Shown: piece by piece, positions 50,001-60,589 of the stretch
Numbering within the stretch: the stretch's first letter is position 1
How the letters are laid out: each line of letters opens with the position of its first letter
DNA from: Thermoplasmatota archaeon
GTDB lineage: Archaea; Thermoplasmatota; E2; JACPAO01; JAHFTW01
Length of the DNA stretch: 64,000 nucleotides
Assembly: GCA_041601615.1 (NCBI GenBank)
Contig: JBFIHX010000001.1
Coordinates: 371,997 to 435,996, forward strand
Direction of reading: 5' to 3'
The notes under the pieces: generated by a model
Databases searched by the model: none
Told to the model about the DNA's origin: nothing
What the model saw: only the letters and a program-made list of their open reading frames with translations
Translations under genes and position numbers: made by a program

Positions 50001-50092
50001 GCAGGCCGGATACCCATCCCGAAAGGCCCGAGGCCCAGAAGGACCCTAGGTGTGCCACAACCCTTAATCACCTGCCCGAGTCGGCGAAGCCC

Positions 50093-51535
50093 ATGCGCGC
50101 ATTCCTGCTCACGAGCGTCCTGCTCCTCGTGACGTTTGCCGGCTGTCTATCGGACGAGCCGACGGACAAAGCCGACGACGTCAGCACCGACGACAACCTT
50201 CTGATGGGCCCTGGCTCCATCTCTGGCCACCCCGCCTTCGGCTTCGTCACCAACGACGACCTCGTAGCCTCCGCCGACGCCGCCGTGCCCCGGCCCGCCC
50301 GCGACATCAACGGGGCCGTCATCGCACCCGGCATCAACGCCTGGATGAAACCCGCATACGATCCCCTGCCCGAGACCCTCAACGGCATGGAGCTTCTGAG
50401 CCGCAGCGAAGGCGCCAAGGGCACCCAAGGTATCGGTGTCTTCGGCCCCATCGCCGTTGCCGGCGGCAACCCCCTGCAAGTCATCGACATCAGCGACGTC
50501 ACCAACCCCCACGTCATCGGCACCCTCGACGACGTGCCCGTGCGCGACGCTGACTTCATCATCTACCCTGACGGCCGCCTCGTGGTCGTCACCACCGGCG
50601 GCGGCAGCCAAATGTTCTTCGTGGACATCACCGACGCCTACGAGCCCACCCTCGTCGGCCAACTCGCCACCCCCCACAACAACCACAACCTCGTGGTCGT
50701 TCCGGGATCCCCCATCGTCTACAACAGCCCCAGCAATGGCGCCGGCGAATCCCTCGCCCCCACCGTTGGCGACCCCCGCAGCGAAGGGATTGCCTACACG
50801 GACATCATCGACGCCAGCGACCCCGCCAACCCGGTCCTTGTACAAGAGTGGCAAAACGGCTACGGCTGCCACGACATCACGTTCTACATGAACCCCGCCG
50901 AGGACAAATTCCGCGGCTACTGCGCCGGCATCGAAGCCCTGCAAATCTGGGACCTCGCCAACATCACCGCCCCCACCGTCGTCAACACCTGGGGCTGGCC
51001 GGCACTCGGCATCCACGACACCGGCGCCATCAGCCTCGTCACGTTTGCCCACCTAGCCATGGTCAACCACGACGCCAGCATCATGATCCTCGGCGACGAA
51101 ACCGGCGGAGGCGCTGCTCCCGGCTGCGACGTCGGTGTGCACGCCCAAGGCACCACCGTGTCCGGACCCCTTGGCAACCTGTGGTTCTACAACATCGAAG
51201 ACGAAATGAACCCCATCCTGCAAGGCCATGTGTCCCCCAGCGCCCACGAGCAACGCGGCTCCTGCACGGCGCACTTTGGCAAGGTCATCGAAGACACCAA
51301 CCACGTCGTCATGGGCTTCTACAGCGCCGGCGTCGCCCTCGTGGACTTCACCGACCCCGAGAACCCCTACATCAAGAGCCGCTACGCCCCCATGGACGCC
51401 GGCGGCACCTGCCCCAACCCGATTGGTGGCGACAATTGCCCCAAGACGGGCAGCCTCTGGGACGTATGGTACCACAGCGGCTACCTGATCACCGGCGACA
51501 TGACGTTCGGTGTCGAGATTCTGACGCTGAACTAA
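50093..51535 (+). CDS. LVIVD-repeat lipoprotein
   Basis: Lipobox FAGC; LQVIDISDVTNP-type repeats; CHDI, AHLA and CTAHFG motifs. Confidence 0.85.
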   Translation: MRAFLLTSVLLLVTFAGCLSDEPTDKADDVSTDDNLLMGPGSISGHPAFGFVTNDDLVASADAAVPRPARDINGAVIAPGINAWMKPAYDPLPETLNGMELLSRSEGAKGTQGIGVFGPIAVAGGNPLQVIDISDVTNPHVIGTLDDVPVRDADFIIYPDGRLVVVTTGGGSQMFFVDITDAYEPTLVGQLATPHNNHNLVVVPGSPIVYNSPSNGAGESLAPTVGDPRSEGIAYTDIIDASDPANPVLVQEWQNGYGCHDITFYMNPAEDKFRGYCAGIEALQIWDLANITAPTVVNTWGWPALGIHDTGAISLVTFAHLAMVNHDASIMILGDETGGGAAPGCDVGVHAQGTTVSGPLGNLWFYNIEDEMNPILQGHVSPSAHEQRGSCTAHFGKVIEDTNHVVMGFYSAGVALVDFTDPENPYIKSRYAPMDAGGTCPNPIGGDNCPKTGSLWDVWYHSGYLITGDMTFGVEILTLN

Positions 51536-51702
51536 GCCGCCCAGACATCCTCTATCTTCCTCTCCCCCCCTCATCTTCCTTCCTCTCCCCACATCTCCAG
51601 CCCTTTCCAACCCCATTCCACCTTCCGTCTCCTGTGTCGGCCGCCTTTTTCATCCAATGCTACCGCCACAACCTTGAACCCTGGAACTCTGAATCAGCGC
51701 CC

Positions 51703-53040
51703 ATGCGCATCAAGACGGCGGCCCTCCTGGTCGTTTTGTTCTCAGCCGGCCTCGCAGGCTGCCTCGACAACACCCCGGACACTCCAGACCTGGACCCCGC
51801 CGGCATCACCGGAACCTTCGTTCCCGGGCCCGGCAGCCATCCTGCGTACGGCTACCCCACCGCCGCCGACTTGCCCACGGCCGGAGAAGACGGCCCCGGC
51901 CTGCCCGACGACTGGCGCAAACCCCTCCCCCTCCCCATTCCCGAGCCCATCACCGGCTTCAACCACCTCGGCCGCATGGGCGGCGTCAGCAGCGGCGCCG
52001 GCATCGCCATCTTCGGCCCCTACGTCTACGTGGGCGCCTACGACAGCGACGCCTTCTGGGTCCTCGAATTGGACGACTTTAGCCAACCCAGGCTGCGCGG
52101 ATTCACCGAGACCAAGGCCGGCGACGCAGATGTCATCGCCTACCCCGACGGCCGCCTCGTCGTCGTCACCGCCACCCGAGGCAGCAGCATGCTCGTGGTG
52201 GACGTCACCGACCCCGACGACCCCTACCTCATCAGCGTCATCGACACCATCCACGGCAACCACAACCTCGCCATCGTCCCCGGCACCCCCATCGTCTACA
52301 ACACCGGCAGCGACGGCCAAGAAGGCAGCGTCGAAATCTACGACCTCAGCGACCCCGTCAACCCCGTTCTGGTGCAAGACTGGCCCCAGGGCGCCTCCTG
52401 CCACGCCGCAAGCTTCTATGTCAACGCCGACGAAGGCCGCTACCGAGGCTACTGCGCCGGCGTCGAAATCACCCAAATCTGGGACATCACCGACCCCCTC
52501 AACCCCACCATCATCAGCAGCATGCCGTTCCCCACCGGCGGCCAAGACTTCGGCATCGGCGGCGTCGGACCCGTCGCCTTCAGCCACCTCGCTATGCCCA
52601 ACCACGACGGCACCGTCCTCATCGTGGGCGACGAAACCGGCGGCGGCGCTGCCCCCGGCTGTGACGCCTACGCAGAAGCCGGCGGATCCACCATCTCGGG
52701 CCCGCTAGGCAACCTGTACTTCTACGACATCACCGACGAAACCAACCCCGTCCTACACGGCCACGTCAGCCCCGGCGCCGAAACCCAACGCGGCTCCTGC
52801 ACCGCCCACTTTGGCGGCATCGTCGAAGACAAGCCCCTCGTCGTCATGGCATTCTACACCTCCGGCATCGTGCTCATCGACTTTGAAGACCTCGACAACC
52901 CGCGCATCGTAGACACCTGGGGCCGCACCGAAACCGACCAACCCTGCACCCTCTGCGGCGTCTGGGATGCCCAATACTACCAAGGCGCCATCATCAGCGG
53001 CGACATCGACCGAGGACTGGACATCCTCAGCTTCGTCTAA
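51703..53040 (+). CDS. LVIVD-repeat lipoprotein (tandem paralog)
   Basis: Lipobox LAGC; shares GDETGGGAAPGCD and QRGSCTAHFG with the upstream gene. Confidence 0.85.
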   Translation: MRIKTAALLVVLFSAGLAGCLDNTPDTPDLDPAGITGTFVPGPGSHPAYGYPTAADLPTAGEDGPGLPDDWRKPLPLPIPEPITGFNHLGRMGGVSSGAGIAIFGPYVYVGAYDSDAFWVLELDDFSQPRLRGFTETKAGDADVIAYPDGRLVVVTATRGSSMLVVDVTDPDDPYLISVIDTIHGNHNLAIVPGTPIVYNTGSDGQEGSVEIYDLSDPVNPVLVQDWPQGASCHAASFYVNADEGRYRGYCAGVEITQIWDITDPLNPTIISSMPFPTGGQDFGIGGVGPVAFSHLAMPNHDGTVLIVGDETGGGAAPGCDAYAEAGGSTISGPLGNLYFYDITDETNPVLHGHVSPGAETQRGSCTAHFGGIVEDKPLVVMAFYTSGIVLIDFEDLDNPRIVDTWGRTETDQPCTLCGVWDAQYYQGAIISGDIDRGLDILSFV

Positions 53041-53287
53041 ACCACGAAGCCACGAAGCCGGGGAAGGCCCTCCAATCGAGCCAAAACCAAAGCCAAAGCC
53101 TCCGCCACAAACGGCCCGCACCCCAAATGCGTCCCCGCCGACCAAACCGGCTGGACAACCTTCCCCGCTTCGTAGCCAAACAAATCATCCGCAACTTCTC
53201 CCTCCCTGAAGCTTCCAAGGAACCTCAAGAGAAACGACCGTTCCAAAGGTTCAACAATCCAACCCAAACTGCACGGCTTGGTTCTCT

Positions 53288-53962
53288 ATGACTCGTTCTT
53301 TCCTACGGTCCCTCGGCGCAAGCCTAGGTGTCGCCGCCGCCATCGGCTTTGGACTCATGATCACCTTCATCGTGGCCAATGCCACAAGCGAGGACAACCT
53401 CGAAGCGATCTTCATGATGTTCATGATTTTCTTGATCACCATCGCAGGCGCCGCCCTCACCGGCGCCCTCGTGGGCATCATCGCAGGCCGACACGCCCCC
53501 GGACGCCTCTCCGCCGCCGGCGCAGGCGCATTGTCCGGCCTTCTGGGGCAATTCTTGATCCTCGTCATGGTCTTCACCGCCGCAGGAATCATCGCCCAAG
53601 ACGAAAGCACCACAAACGACCCATTTGCAGAAGAAGACAGCTCTGAGCTCATTGGATGGGGCGACTTTGCAACCACGTTGCTCTACATCCTTCCCGCCGG
53701 CATCGTCGCAGCCCTCGTCGCCCCCCTCGCATACACAACCCCCTCCAGCAGTGACGCCATGCCCTGGTCCCGCAAAGCCTCGAACCACGACGAAACCCAC
53801 GGATCATCCAGTGGCTTTGACGCCGCCCCCAAACCCGAACCAACCCCACCCACCGGAGCCCGGAAACTGCGCTGCCCCGAATGCGCCGTCGTCAACCACG
53901 TCCCCCCCGGCGACCCCATCCGATGCACCGGATGCGGACTGTCCGGACGCAGCCCCGCCTAG
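53288..53962 (+). CDS. 4-TM membrane protein with C-terminal zinc ribbon
   Basis: Hydrophobic helices; CPEC...CTGCG. Confidence 0.75.
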   Translation: MTRSFLRSLGASLGVAAAIGFGLMITFIVANATSEDNLEAIFMMFMIFLITIAGAALTGALVGIIAGRHAPGRLSAAGAGALSGLLGQFLILVMVFTAAGIIAQDESTTNDPFAEEDSSELIGWGDFATTLLYILPAGIVAALVAPLAYTTPSSSDAMPWSRKASNHDETHGSSSGFDAAPKPEPTPPTGARKLRCPECAVVNHVPPGDPIRCTGCGLSGRSPA

Positions 53963-54010
53963 CTGCCCCCGTCCGCCGCCTTTTTCTCTTCATCCCGTTC
54001 TGCGCACCCA

Positions 54011-54571
54011 ATGGCATTCCCTTGGATCCCAGTTCTGCTGGTCGCGTTCGTCGCAATTTTGCTGCTCTGGGTCGTCGGCCTCTACAACAAATTCGTGCGC
54101 CTGGAGAACCGCATCGACAACTCCTGGGCCCAGATCGACGTGCAACTACAACGGCGCGGCGAACTCATCCCGAACCTGTTGGAGACCGTCAAGGGATACA
54201 TGAAACACGAGCGCGAAACACTCGAATCCGTCACCAAGGCCCGCACCGCCATGATGACCGCCAACACCCCCGCCGGCAAGATGGCCGGCGAAGGCATGCT
54301 CGAACAGGCCCTCGGCAAGCTCTTCGCGGTCGCCGAAGCCTACCCCGACCTCAAGGCCAACACCAACTTCCTGCAACTGCAAGACGAGTTGACCCACACC
54401 GAGAACAAAATCGCCTTCACCCGCCAGCACTACAACGACAGCGTCCTCGCCTACAACAACGCCGTCGAAACCTTCCCCGCCAACGTCATCGCCAACATGA
54501 CCGGCCGCAAGGAAAAGCCGATGCTGGAAGTCCCCGTAGAGAGCAAGGCGCTGCCCAAGGTCCAGTTCTAG
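54011..54571 (+). CDS. lemA: LemA family protein
   Basis: WAQIDVQLQRRGELIPNL, AEAYPDLKANTNF and ENKIAFTRQHYN motifs. Confidence 0.95.
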   Translation: MAFPWIPVLLVAFVAILLLWVVGLYNKFVRLENRIDNSWAQIDVQLQRRGELIPNLLETVKGYMKHERETLESVTKARTAMMTANTPAGKMAGEGMLEQALGKLFAVAEAYPDLKANTNFLQLQDELTHTENKIAFTRQHYNDSVLAYNNAVETFPANVIANMTGRKEKPMLEVPVESKALPKVQF

Positions 54572-54572
54572 C

Positions 54573-55475
54573 ATGGATGAACGCTGGATGCTGGAGGACC
54601 AGATCCGCCACAACAAGCGCGCCACAGTAGGACTGTTCATCACAGTCTTCGTCATTCTGTGGCTGCTCGTTCTGGCCATCGGAGTCGTCCTGAACTACCC
54701 CCCCATACTCACCGCAGGCTTCGCCCTCATCTTCGGCATCATCTACCTCCTGATGGCAAGCGGCTTCAGCGTGGAAGCGATTCTCAAGTCAAGCCGTGCT
54801 CGACCCGCCAATCCCAAGGTACGCGAGGAGAAGCTTCTCCTGTACAAGGTGGAGGAAATGGCGCTGGCCGCAGGCATTCCCGTGCCCAAAGTCTACGTCA
54901 CACCCAGCCCCGACATCAACGCATTCGCCACCGGCCGCAAACCGGAGGACTCGGTCATTGCAGTGACCCAAGGCGCACTCGTGAAGCTCAAGCCCGACGA
55001 ACTGGAGGGGGTGCTTGCGCACGAAATGAGCCACATCCTCAACTGGGACATTCGCATCCAAACCTACTCCATAGCACTCATCGGCCTCATCGCCATGCTT
55101 GCCGAGATGGTGTTCTACAGCCTCTTTTGGGGCGGACGCGGACGCAGCGACAACAAGACCCACCCTGCGATGATCGTCATCGCCATCGTGCTCATCATCG
55201 TCGCGCCGCTGCTCAGTCGCCTCGCCCACATGGCCATCAGCCGAAAACGCGAGTACCTTGCCGACGCCACAGGAGCCCGCCTGACACGCAACCCCGAAGG
55301 CCTCGCCCGCGCACTCGCCAAGATTGGCGGCAGCGAGCCCGAGGACATCCACCGCGGCGACAAGACCGTGGCGAGTCTGTACTTTGCCAACCCGTTCAAG
55401 CGGGTACGCAAGGAAAGCCTGTGGAGCACGCACCCACCCATCGACGAGCGTATTGCTCGCCTGAAACGGATGTAA
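54573..55475 (+). CDS. htpX: Zinc metalloprotease HtpX (M48)
   Basis: NAFATG, HEMSH, REYLADA and STHPP motifs; follows lemA. Confidence 0.93.
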   Translation: MDERWMLEDQIRHNKRATVGLFITVFVILWLLVLAIGVVLNYPPILTAGFALIFGIIYLLMASGFSVEAILKSSRARPANPKVREEKLLLYKVEEMALAAGIPVPKVYVTPSPDINAFATGRKPEDSVIAVTQGALVKLKPDELEGVLAHEMSHILNWDIRIQTYSIALIGLIAMLAEMVFYSLFWGGRGRSDNKTHPAMIVIAIVLIIVAPLLSRLAHMAISRKREYLADATGARLTRNPEGLARALAKIGGSEPEDIHRGDKTVASLYFANPFKRVRKESLWSTHPPIDERIARLKRM

Positions 55476-55670
55476 GAACCTCGCAACGGGACCCGGCATC
55501 GACCCTTCGCAAGGAACCGAAGCCCCGCCAAGCACCATGCCTTCAAGCATCATAGCCTAGCATCTCAAGCGCTTTTCTTCCAGGGCCAAAAAGTGCTTTT
55601 TGGGCCCAAGCAATCCCTGACGACCATTGCGAAAAGCCCATACGCCGGGCCAACCCAATCCCCCCTACTC

Positions 55671-56087
55671 ATGTCGAAGTTGAGCCGGATCCGGCCGCAG
55701 GCCAGTGCAGTACTGGTCGTCGACGACGAACCGGACCTCCTAGAATCTCTCAAGGAGCTCCTGGAGGATTGCATCCCCGGCCTCGTCGTCCACACGGCAC
55801 CCGACGGCAACGAGGGCCTCAAAGTCCTAGAGTCGGAGGACGTTGACTTGGTCATCAGCGACTTTCGCATGCCCGGCATGGACGGCATCACTTTCCTTTG
55901 CACCGCCCGCGAACGGCACCCCCGCGTTGCCCGCATCTTGCTGACCGCCTACCCCGACAAGGAACTGGCGCGCCAAGCAACCGAGGAGGCCATGGTGGAG
56001 ACCTTCCTCACCAAACCCCCGCGCATGAACGAACTGCTCACCGCCGTCAACGCCGCCATTTTCAAGGGTCGACAAGCCGCCCGCTAA
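55671..56087 (+). CDS. Stand-alone response regulator receiver protein
   Basis: VLVVDDE, SDFRMPGMDG, LTA and TKP motifs. Confidence 0.9.
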   Translation: MSKLSRIRPQASAVLVVDDEPDLLESLKELLEDCIPGLVVHTAPDGNEGLKVLESEDVDLVISDFRMPGMDGITFLCTARERHPRVARILLTAYPDKELARQATEEAMVETFLTKPPRMNELLTAVNAAIFKGRQAAR

Positions 56088-56112
56088 ATTCGAGCAGCGC
56101 CACAACGGCCAA

Positions 56113-57819
56113 ATGGCGCCCGGTGCCTCGAAGCGCATGCGCGTTGCGGCCATGGTGGCCCTCCTAATGTCAAGCCTTGCCTTTGCAGGGTGCCTAAGCA
56201 GTAGCGACGGACCCGTGGACGACGTCCAAAACGACCCTTGGGCAACCCTTCGCCCCGTCTCGGAGAAAATCTTCGACATCTTGCCCGTGGAAGAACTCTG
56301 GATCAATGCCAACGACGGCAAAGGCCTCCACCACGCCATCTACCGCCCCGACACCGACGAACCAGTGCCGGTGTTCATCAACTTCAGCCCCTACTGGGGC
56401 GACACCGCAGAACTCGGCGGCGACGGCTTTGCGCAGTACATGATCAACGAATACGTCCCCCGTGGCTACGCCGTGGTCCTGTCCGCCATCCGAGGCACCG
56501 GCCACAGCGAAGGCTGCTTCCAAATCGGCGGCGACCGCGAAGTGGCGGACCTCTACGACATGGTCAACTACTTTGCCAACGAACCCTGGAGCAACGGCAA
56601 CGTCGCCGCAGGCGGCAAATCCTACGACTCCACGACCCAAAATGGCATGATTGCCAAAATGCCCCACCCGGCACTCAAAGGCATCTTCCACGTCAGCGGC
56701 ATCACCGACATGTACCGCTACAACTACGTCAACGGCGTCCCCTACGCCTCCGGCCCGATCTTCAACACCTACTACTACCTCCAAGGGACCGACGAATACG
56801 GCCTCAGCTTCCTCTCCACCCCCAGCCCCAACGTACTGGAGGAGGAAGACGCCACAAGCCTCGCCCGCGCCATCGAGGACGCCGCCTGCACCGAACTGCC
56901 GCAGATGCAAGCAAGTGGAGTCGGCAGCGGAGTCACCGGCCTCAAAGACGCCTACTGGCAAGAACGAGACTGGAACCGCTACATTGGCGACTCCGACTGG
57001 GACGGCTCCATATTCTTCGTGCACGGCCTGCAAGACTGGAACGTCAAACCCGACCACATCCTCCCCTGGATCGACGCCCTTCCCGACCAAATCCGCGTCA
57101 AAGGATGGCTGCACCAGGACACCGAAAACAACGGCCACCTGTACCCGATGCGCGACGACTGGAACAAAACCATGCTCGCCTGGCTCGACTCCGAACTCAA
57201 AGGGGCTGACACCGGAATCTGGAACCAGCCCAACTGGGACGTGCAAGGCACCGACGGCAACTGGCGCCAAAGCAACACCTGGCCGCCCACCGCTGAGGTC
57301 CAAACGCTCCAAGAAAGCAACATCATTCCTCCCGGAAACGTGGCCATCGGCATCAGCCCAAACAACGTCCTGCGCGTCGAATTTGACCCCTCCGAACTGG
57401 GAGCCGGAGCCGCAAACGCAACAGGATACACCCGCCTCAGCGGATCGCCCCGCATCCACATCGCCGCCACCGCCACCGGCCCCGACCCAATCCTTTCTGC
57501 AGTCCTCCTCGTGGACGGCACCTGGGTCGGCGAAGCGGTCCTTCGCGCCATCTACAAAAACGGCCTCGACGCACCAGAGCCCGTCGTGCCTGGAATGTCC
57601 GCCACGTACACACTCGAAGCATACCCCCTCGATCTCGTGCTGGCACCCGGGCAAAAGCTGACCGTCGAATTCGGCGCCAGCCCACGCGAAGCCCTAGCGC
57701 TGCCCACCAACCTCGCCATGGTGCAATACGACGCTTCTCTCATCGACTTTGAAGGAACGTTCACGCCCGCCGACACCCGCAGCAACCAACCCGCCCCGAC
57801 GACCTGTTTCGCCTGCTGA
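56113..57819 (+). CDS. CocE/NonD family (peptidase S15) serine hydrolase lipoprotein
   Basis: Lipobox FAGC; RGTGHSEGC, GKSYD nucleophile, HGLQDWNVKP. Confidence 0.88.
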   Translation: MAPGASKRMRVAAMVALLMSSLAFAGCLSSSDGPVDDVQNDPWATLRPVSEKIFDILPVEELWINANDGKGLHHAIYRPDTDEPVPVFINFSPYWGDTAELGGDGFAQYMINEYVPRGYAVVLSAIRGTGHSEGCFQIGGDREVADLYDMVNYFANEPWSNGNVAAGGKSYDSTTQNGMIAKMPHPALKGIFHVSGITDMYRYNYVNGVPYASGPIFNTYYYLQGTDEYGLSFLSTPSPNVLEEEDATSLARAIEDAACTELPQMQASGVGSGVTGLKDAYWQERDWNRYIGDSDWDGSIFFVHGLQDWNVKPDHILPWIDALPDQIRVKGWLHQDTENNGHLYPMRDDWNKTMLAWLDSELKGADTGIWNQPNWDVQGTDGNWRQSNTWPPTAEVQTLQESNIIPPGNVAIGISPNNVLRVEFDPSELGAGAANATGYTRLSGSPRIHIAATATGPDPILSAVLLVDGTWVGEAVLRAIYKNGLDAPEPVVPGMSATYTLEAYPLDLVLAPGQKLTVEFGASPREALALPTNLAMVQYDASLIDFEGTFTPADTRSNQPAPTTCFAC

Positions 57820-57884
57820 CCAAACGCCGCCAGGCCACCCACTGCGGGCCAAACCCTCATCCCCCGCGCCGCCACTAGCCGCGC

Positions 57885-58505
57885 GTGCCCTCCTTCCTAC
57901 CCCATCTGGTCGTCCCCTTGCTGTTTGCCTTGGCGGTGCTACCGATGGCCCGGCGCCAAATCTTGCTCTGGGCACCCATGGTCTGGGTACCGGACCTCGA
58001 CTTCTTCTTTGCCAAGCAATACCACCGAGCGCTTCTGAGCAACATCTGGATCCCCCTCGCCCTCGGCGCGGCCCTCTATTTGCTCTGGCGCCGCCGCGAC
58101 CCCACGAGCCGACTCACGGAATTCATGTTCCGCCCCGGCACCCCCGGCGCCCTCTTCCTGTCCATGTACTACTTCGCCGGCCACATCCTCATGGACATCT
58201 TCGCCGGCGGCGTCGCCCTCTTCTGGCCCCTCAGCACCTACTCCCCGTACCTCTTCCTGAGCATCCAAGTCAACACCGCCACCGGCCAAACCAACGTACT
58301 CGGCGAAGGCGGCGCACCCCCCAACATTCCCGAAATCACCCCCGTCTACGAATGGTTCAGCACCATCGACGCCGCCATGCTCGCGTTTCTGGTCGCCGGA
58401 ACCATCATCCACACCACCTGGCGCCTCTGGAAGCACCGAACCGACCCCGCGCCCCTCCGAGTGCGCACCCGAGCAACACTTCGCTCCCCCATCCAAAAAG
58501 AATAA
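57885..58505 (+). CDS. Membrane-bound metal-dependent hydrolase (YdjM-like)
   Basis: H, PDLD, HRALL and HILMD motifs. Confidence 0.8.
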   Translation: MPSFLPHLVVPLLFALAVLPMARRQILLWAPMVWVPDLDFFFAKQYHRALLSNIWIPLALGAALYLLWRRRDPTSRLTEFMFRPGTPGALFLSMYYFAGHILMDIFAGGVALFWPLSTYSPYLFLSIQVNTATGQTNVLGEGGAPPNIPEITPVYEWFSTIDAAMLAFLVAGTIIHTTWRLWKHRTDPAPLRVRTRATLRSPIQKE

Positions 58506-58529
58506 GCCCCCGCCCCCGTGGCACAATCC

Positions 58530-58658
58530 GTGTCCCGGGCCCTCCTTGCCGCCCTCCTGTTGATGAGCCTCGCGCTGGCCGGCTGCAGCGGGAAGTCCGA
58601 TACGGGCACGAACATCGCATCAGTCGGCATCTCCCATGTTGTATCAGACCAAGAGTGA
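58530..58658 (+). pseudogene. Truncated duplicate of the 5' end of the 59343 lipoprotein gene
   Basis: MSRALLAALLLMSLALAGCSG versus MSKALLAALLLMSLALAGCSG, then a stop after 42 aa. Confidence 0.75.
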
Positions 58659-58809
58659 TTCAGCACCATCAACGCCACTATTTGGACTTTATTTATAGTT
58701 GGCCGCACCACCCATATTTTAACATTTTTTTTATTATAGGTGGGGGGAAAGGATATTTTAAGAGGTTAACTTGGTGTTGTGCCCCATTCCCTGATTTAAT
58801 GTCATTAAA

Positions 58810-59091
58810 TCAGGACACATTAACACATGACGAATACGGAGGCGTAGCTGGGTCTACATCAACGTACACGTAGCAAACACCACCATTGGGCAGTCCACAA
58901 AGATAATCCACAGTCCCCCCACAGCACCTAGCGGCTTGTTGATTGCAGGCTTCTGCGCTAGTGCCATCCCCATAGTCAGTGGCAATATCAGATGCAACTA
59001 CACCGCTAGTCATCGTGATTGCTATTACCATCAGGAGTGTGGCCTTAGGGAACTTGTTAGTTTCCATAATGATTGTAAACGCTTGGACCAT
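58810..59091 (-). CDS. Secreted Cys-rich miniprotein in an AT-rich cassette
   Basis: Hydrophobic leader; CGGTVDYLC...CYVYV...CV resembles the 45.7-46.3 kb pair; start uncertain. Confidence 0.65.
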   Translation of the reverse strand: MVQAFTIIMETNKFPKATLLMVIAITMTSGVVASDIATDYGDGTSAEACNQQAARCCGGTVDYLCGLPNGGVCYVYVDVDPATPPYSSCVNVS

Positions 59092-59342
59092 ATAAATATT
59101 TGTGATGCCCCCTGGTTTAGTAATTGAATGGAAGGACGTTATTTCAATATTTTTTTTGACTTGGCAACATCTGATAAAAAACCAATTTTATGTTAATAAT
59201 TAAATTTGTATGTAATATTTTCTTTTGTTTGTTTTTTTATACATATATAACTAGATAGCTGTAGTAAGTGATTCACTGAATCGAGGTTTGGTGCTACCCT
59301 CCATCCACAAAGAATAAGCCCCGCGCCCCGTGGCACGGCCCT

Positions 59343-60476
59343 GTGTCCAAAGCCCTCCTGGCCGCTCTCCTATTGATGAGTCTCGCACTTGCAGGTTGCA
59401 GCGGCGGCTCCGACAAGGACACGGACGGCGACGGCATCAGCGACGCCGACGAAGAACGCGGCTTCGAGATCATCGTCGATCTTCTGGGCAAGCGCGTCGG
59501 CTACCGCGCCTACCCCGACCCCACCAAGGCCGACACGGACGGCGACGGCCTCGGCGACGCCTTCGAACTGCAACTGTTCCCGCCTCTCGACCCCACCAAG
59601 GCCGACACCGACGAAGACGGCCTCACCGACTGCCAGGAAGCCCTCCACAGCAACCGCACCGAATGCGAAAGCCCCACATGGAGCGGCCAAACCGACGGCG
59701 GCACCGGCACCGACCCCGCCAACGCCGACAGCGACGCCGGCTATAGCCGCTACGTCACCAACACCCTCAAGTTCCGCGACCTCACCGGAACCACGCAAAC
59801 CCCCGTGCCCTGGGGCGACGGGATTTCCGACGGCGAAGAACTCGCCGGCTACAACATCACCATCGGCGACGGATGGAAACGGCACATCGTGACCGACCCG
59901 CGCAAGGGAGATACGGACGGGGACGGATTGGAGGACGGCGAAGAACGGTATCTGTACGGGAGTGATCCGACGATGATCAACACGGACGGAGACGGGTGCG
60001 ATGATGGAAATGACCCGGTTCCGGCGTACCCCGAGACCTACATGGCCGGACTCGACACCATCGAATTGTACCGAGCCTTCGAAGGCAATGGCGCCAACCT
60101 CGTCCTCCAACTCAACATCGGGGACAAAGAATACCTCATCGGCGCGCCGGACGGCACCCACTACCCCAGGGGAAGTCAGCAAAGCCTTGCCGCCCTGGAC
60201 CCAGGCCCAAAACCATGGACCCTCTGCTCTGCAAGCCCCATCGATCCCTGGATGCGCATCCAATTCCAGCTCTACCACGCCGGCGGCGAATACCTCGAAG
60301 CGATTGATATGAGCAGCAGCACCCTGACCCAGGTGGATGACAGCATCCCGGCAATCTGGCTCTACATTCCAGATGGAACGTTTGCCTTCGACCACGGCGC
60401 ACAACGGTTCGATGGACCCATTACTTGGACCGGGGCGGACGCGCAAGTCGTTTGGTACCCCCGGGTTCTCTCCTGA
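59343..60476 (+). CDS. Lipoprotein with DxDxDG (TSP3-like) calcium-binding repeats
   Basis: Lipobox LAGC; repeated DPTKADTDGDGL / DTDGDG units. Confidence 0.85.
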   Translation: MSKALLAALLLMSLALAGCSGGSDKDTDGDGISDADEERGFEIIVDLLGKRVGYRAYPDPTKADTDGDGLGDAFELQLFPPLDPTKADTDEDGLTDCQEALHSNRTECESPTWSGQTDGGTGTDPANADSDAGYSRYVTNTLKFRDLTGTTQTPVPWGDGISDGEELAGYNITIGDGWKRHIVTDPRKGDTDGDGLEDGEERYLYGSDPTMINTDGDGCDDGNDPVPAYPETYMAGLDTIELYRAFEGNGANLVLQLNIGDKEYLIGAPDGTHYPRGSQQSLAALDPGPKPWTLCSASPIDPWMRIQFQLYHAGGEYLEAIDMSSSTLTQVDDSIPAIWLYIPDGTFAFDHGAQRFDGPITWTGADAQVVWYPRVLS

Positions 60477-60589
60477 ACCAAGGACCTCTGAGTCAAGCTT
60501 CGCAACCAGAACCCTTATGTCTCGGCCCTGAAGTGGGACACTTGTTGGAACGGCCGACCATCGGCTGCACCCAAGAGGAGAACGTCACA

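Noticed and set aside
50011-50024. 5S rRNA-like motif TACCCATCCCGAA
   Set aside because: The flanking sequence does not form the 5S helices; likely a chance match.
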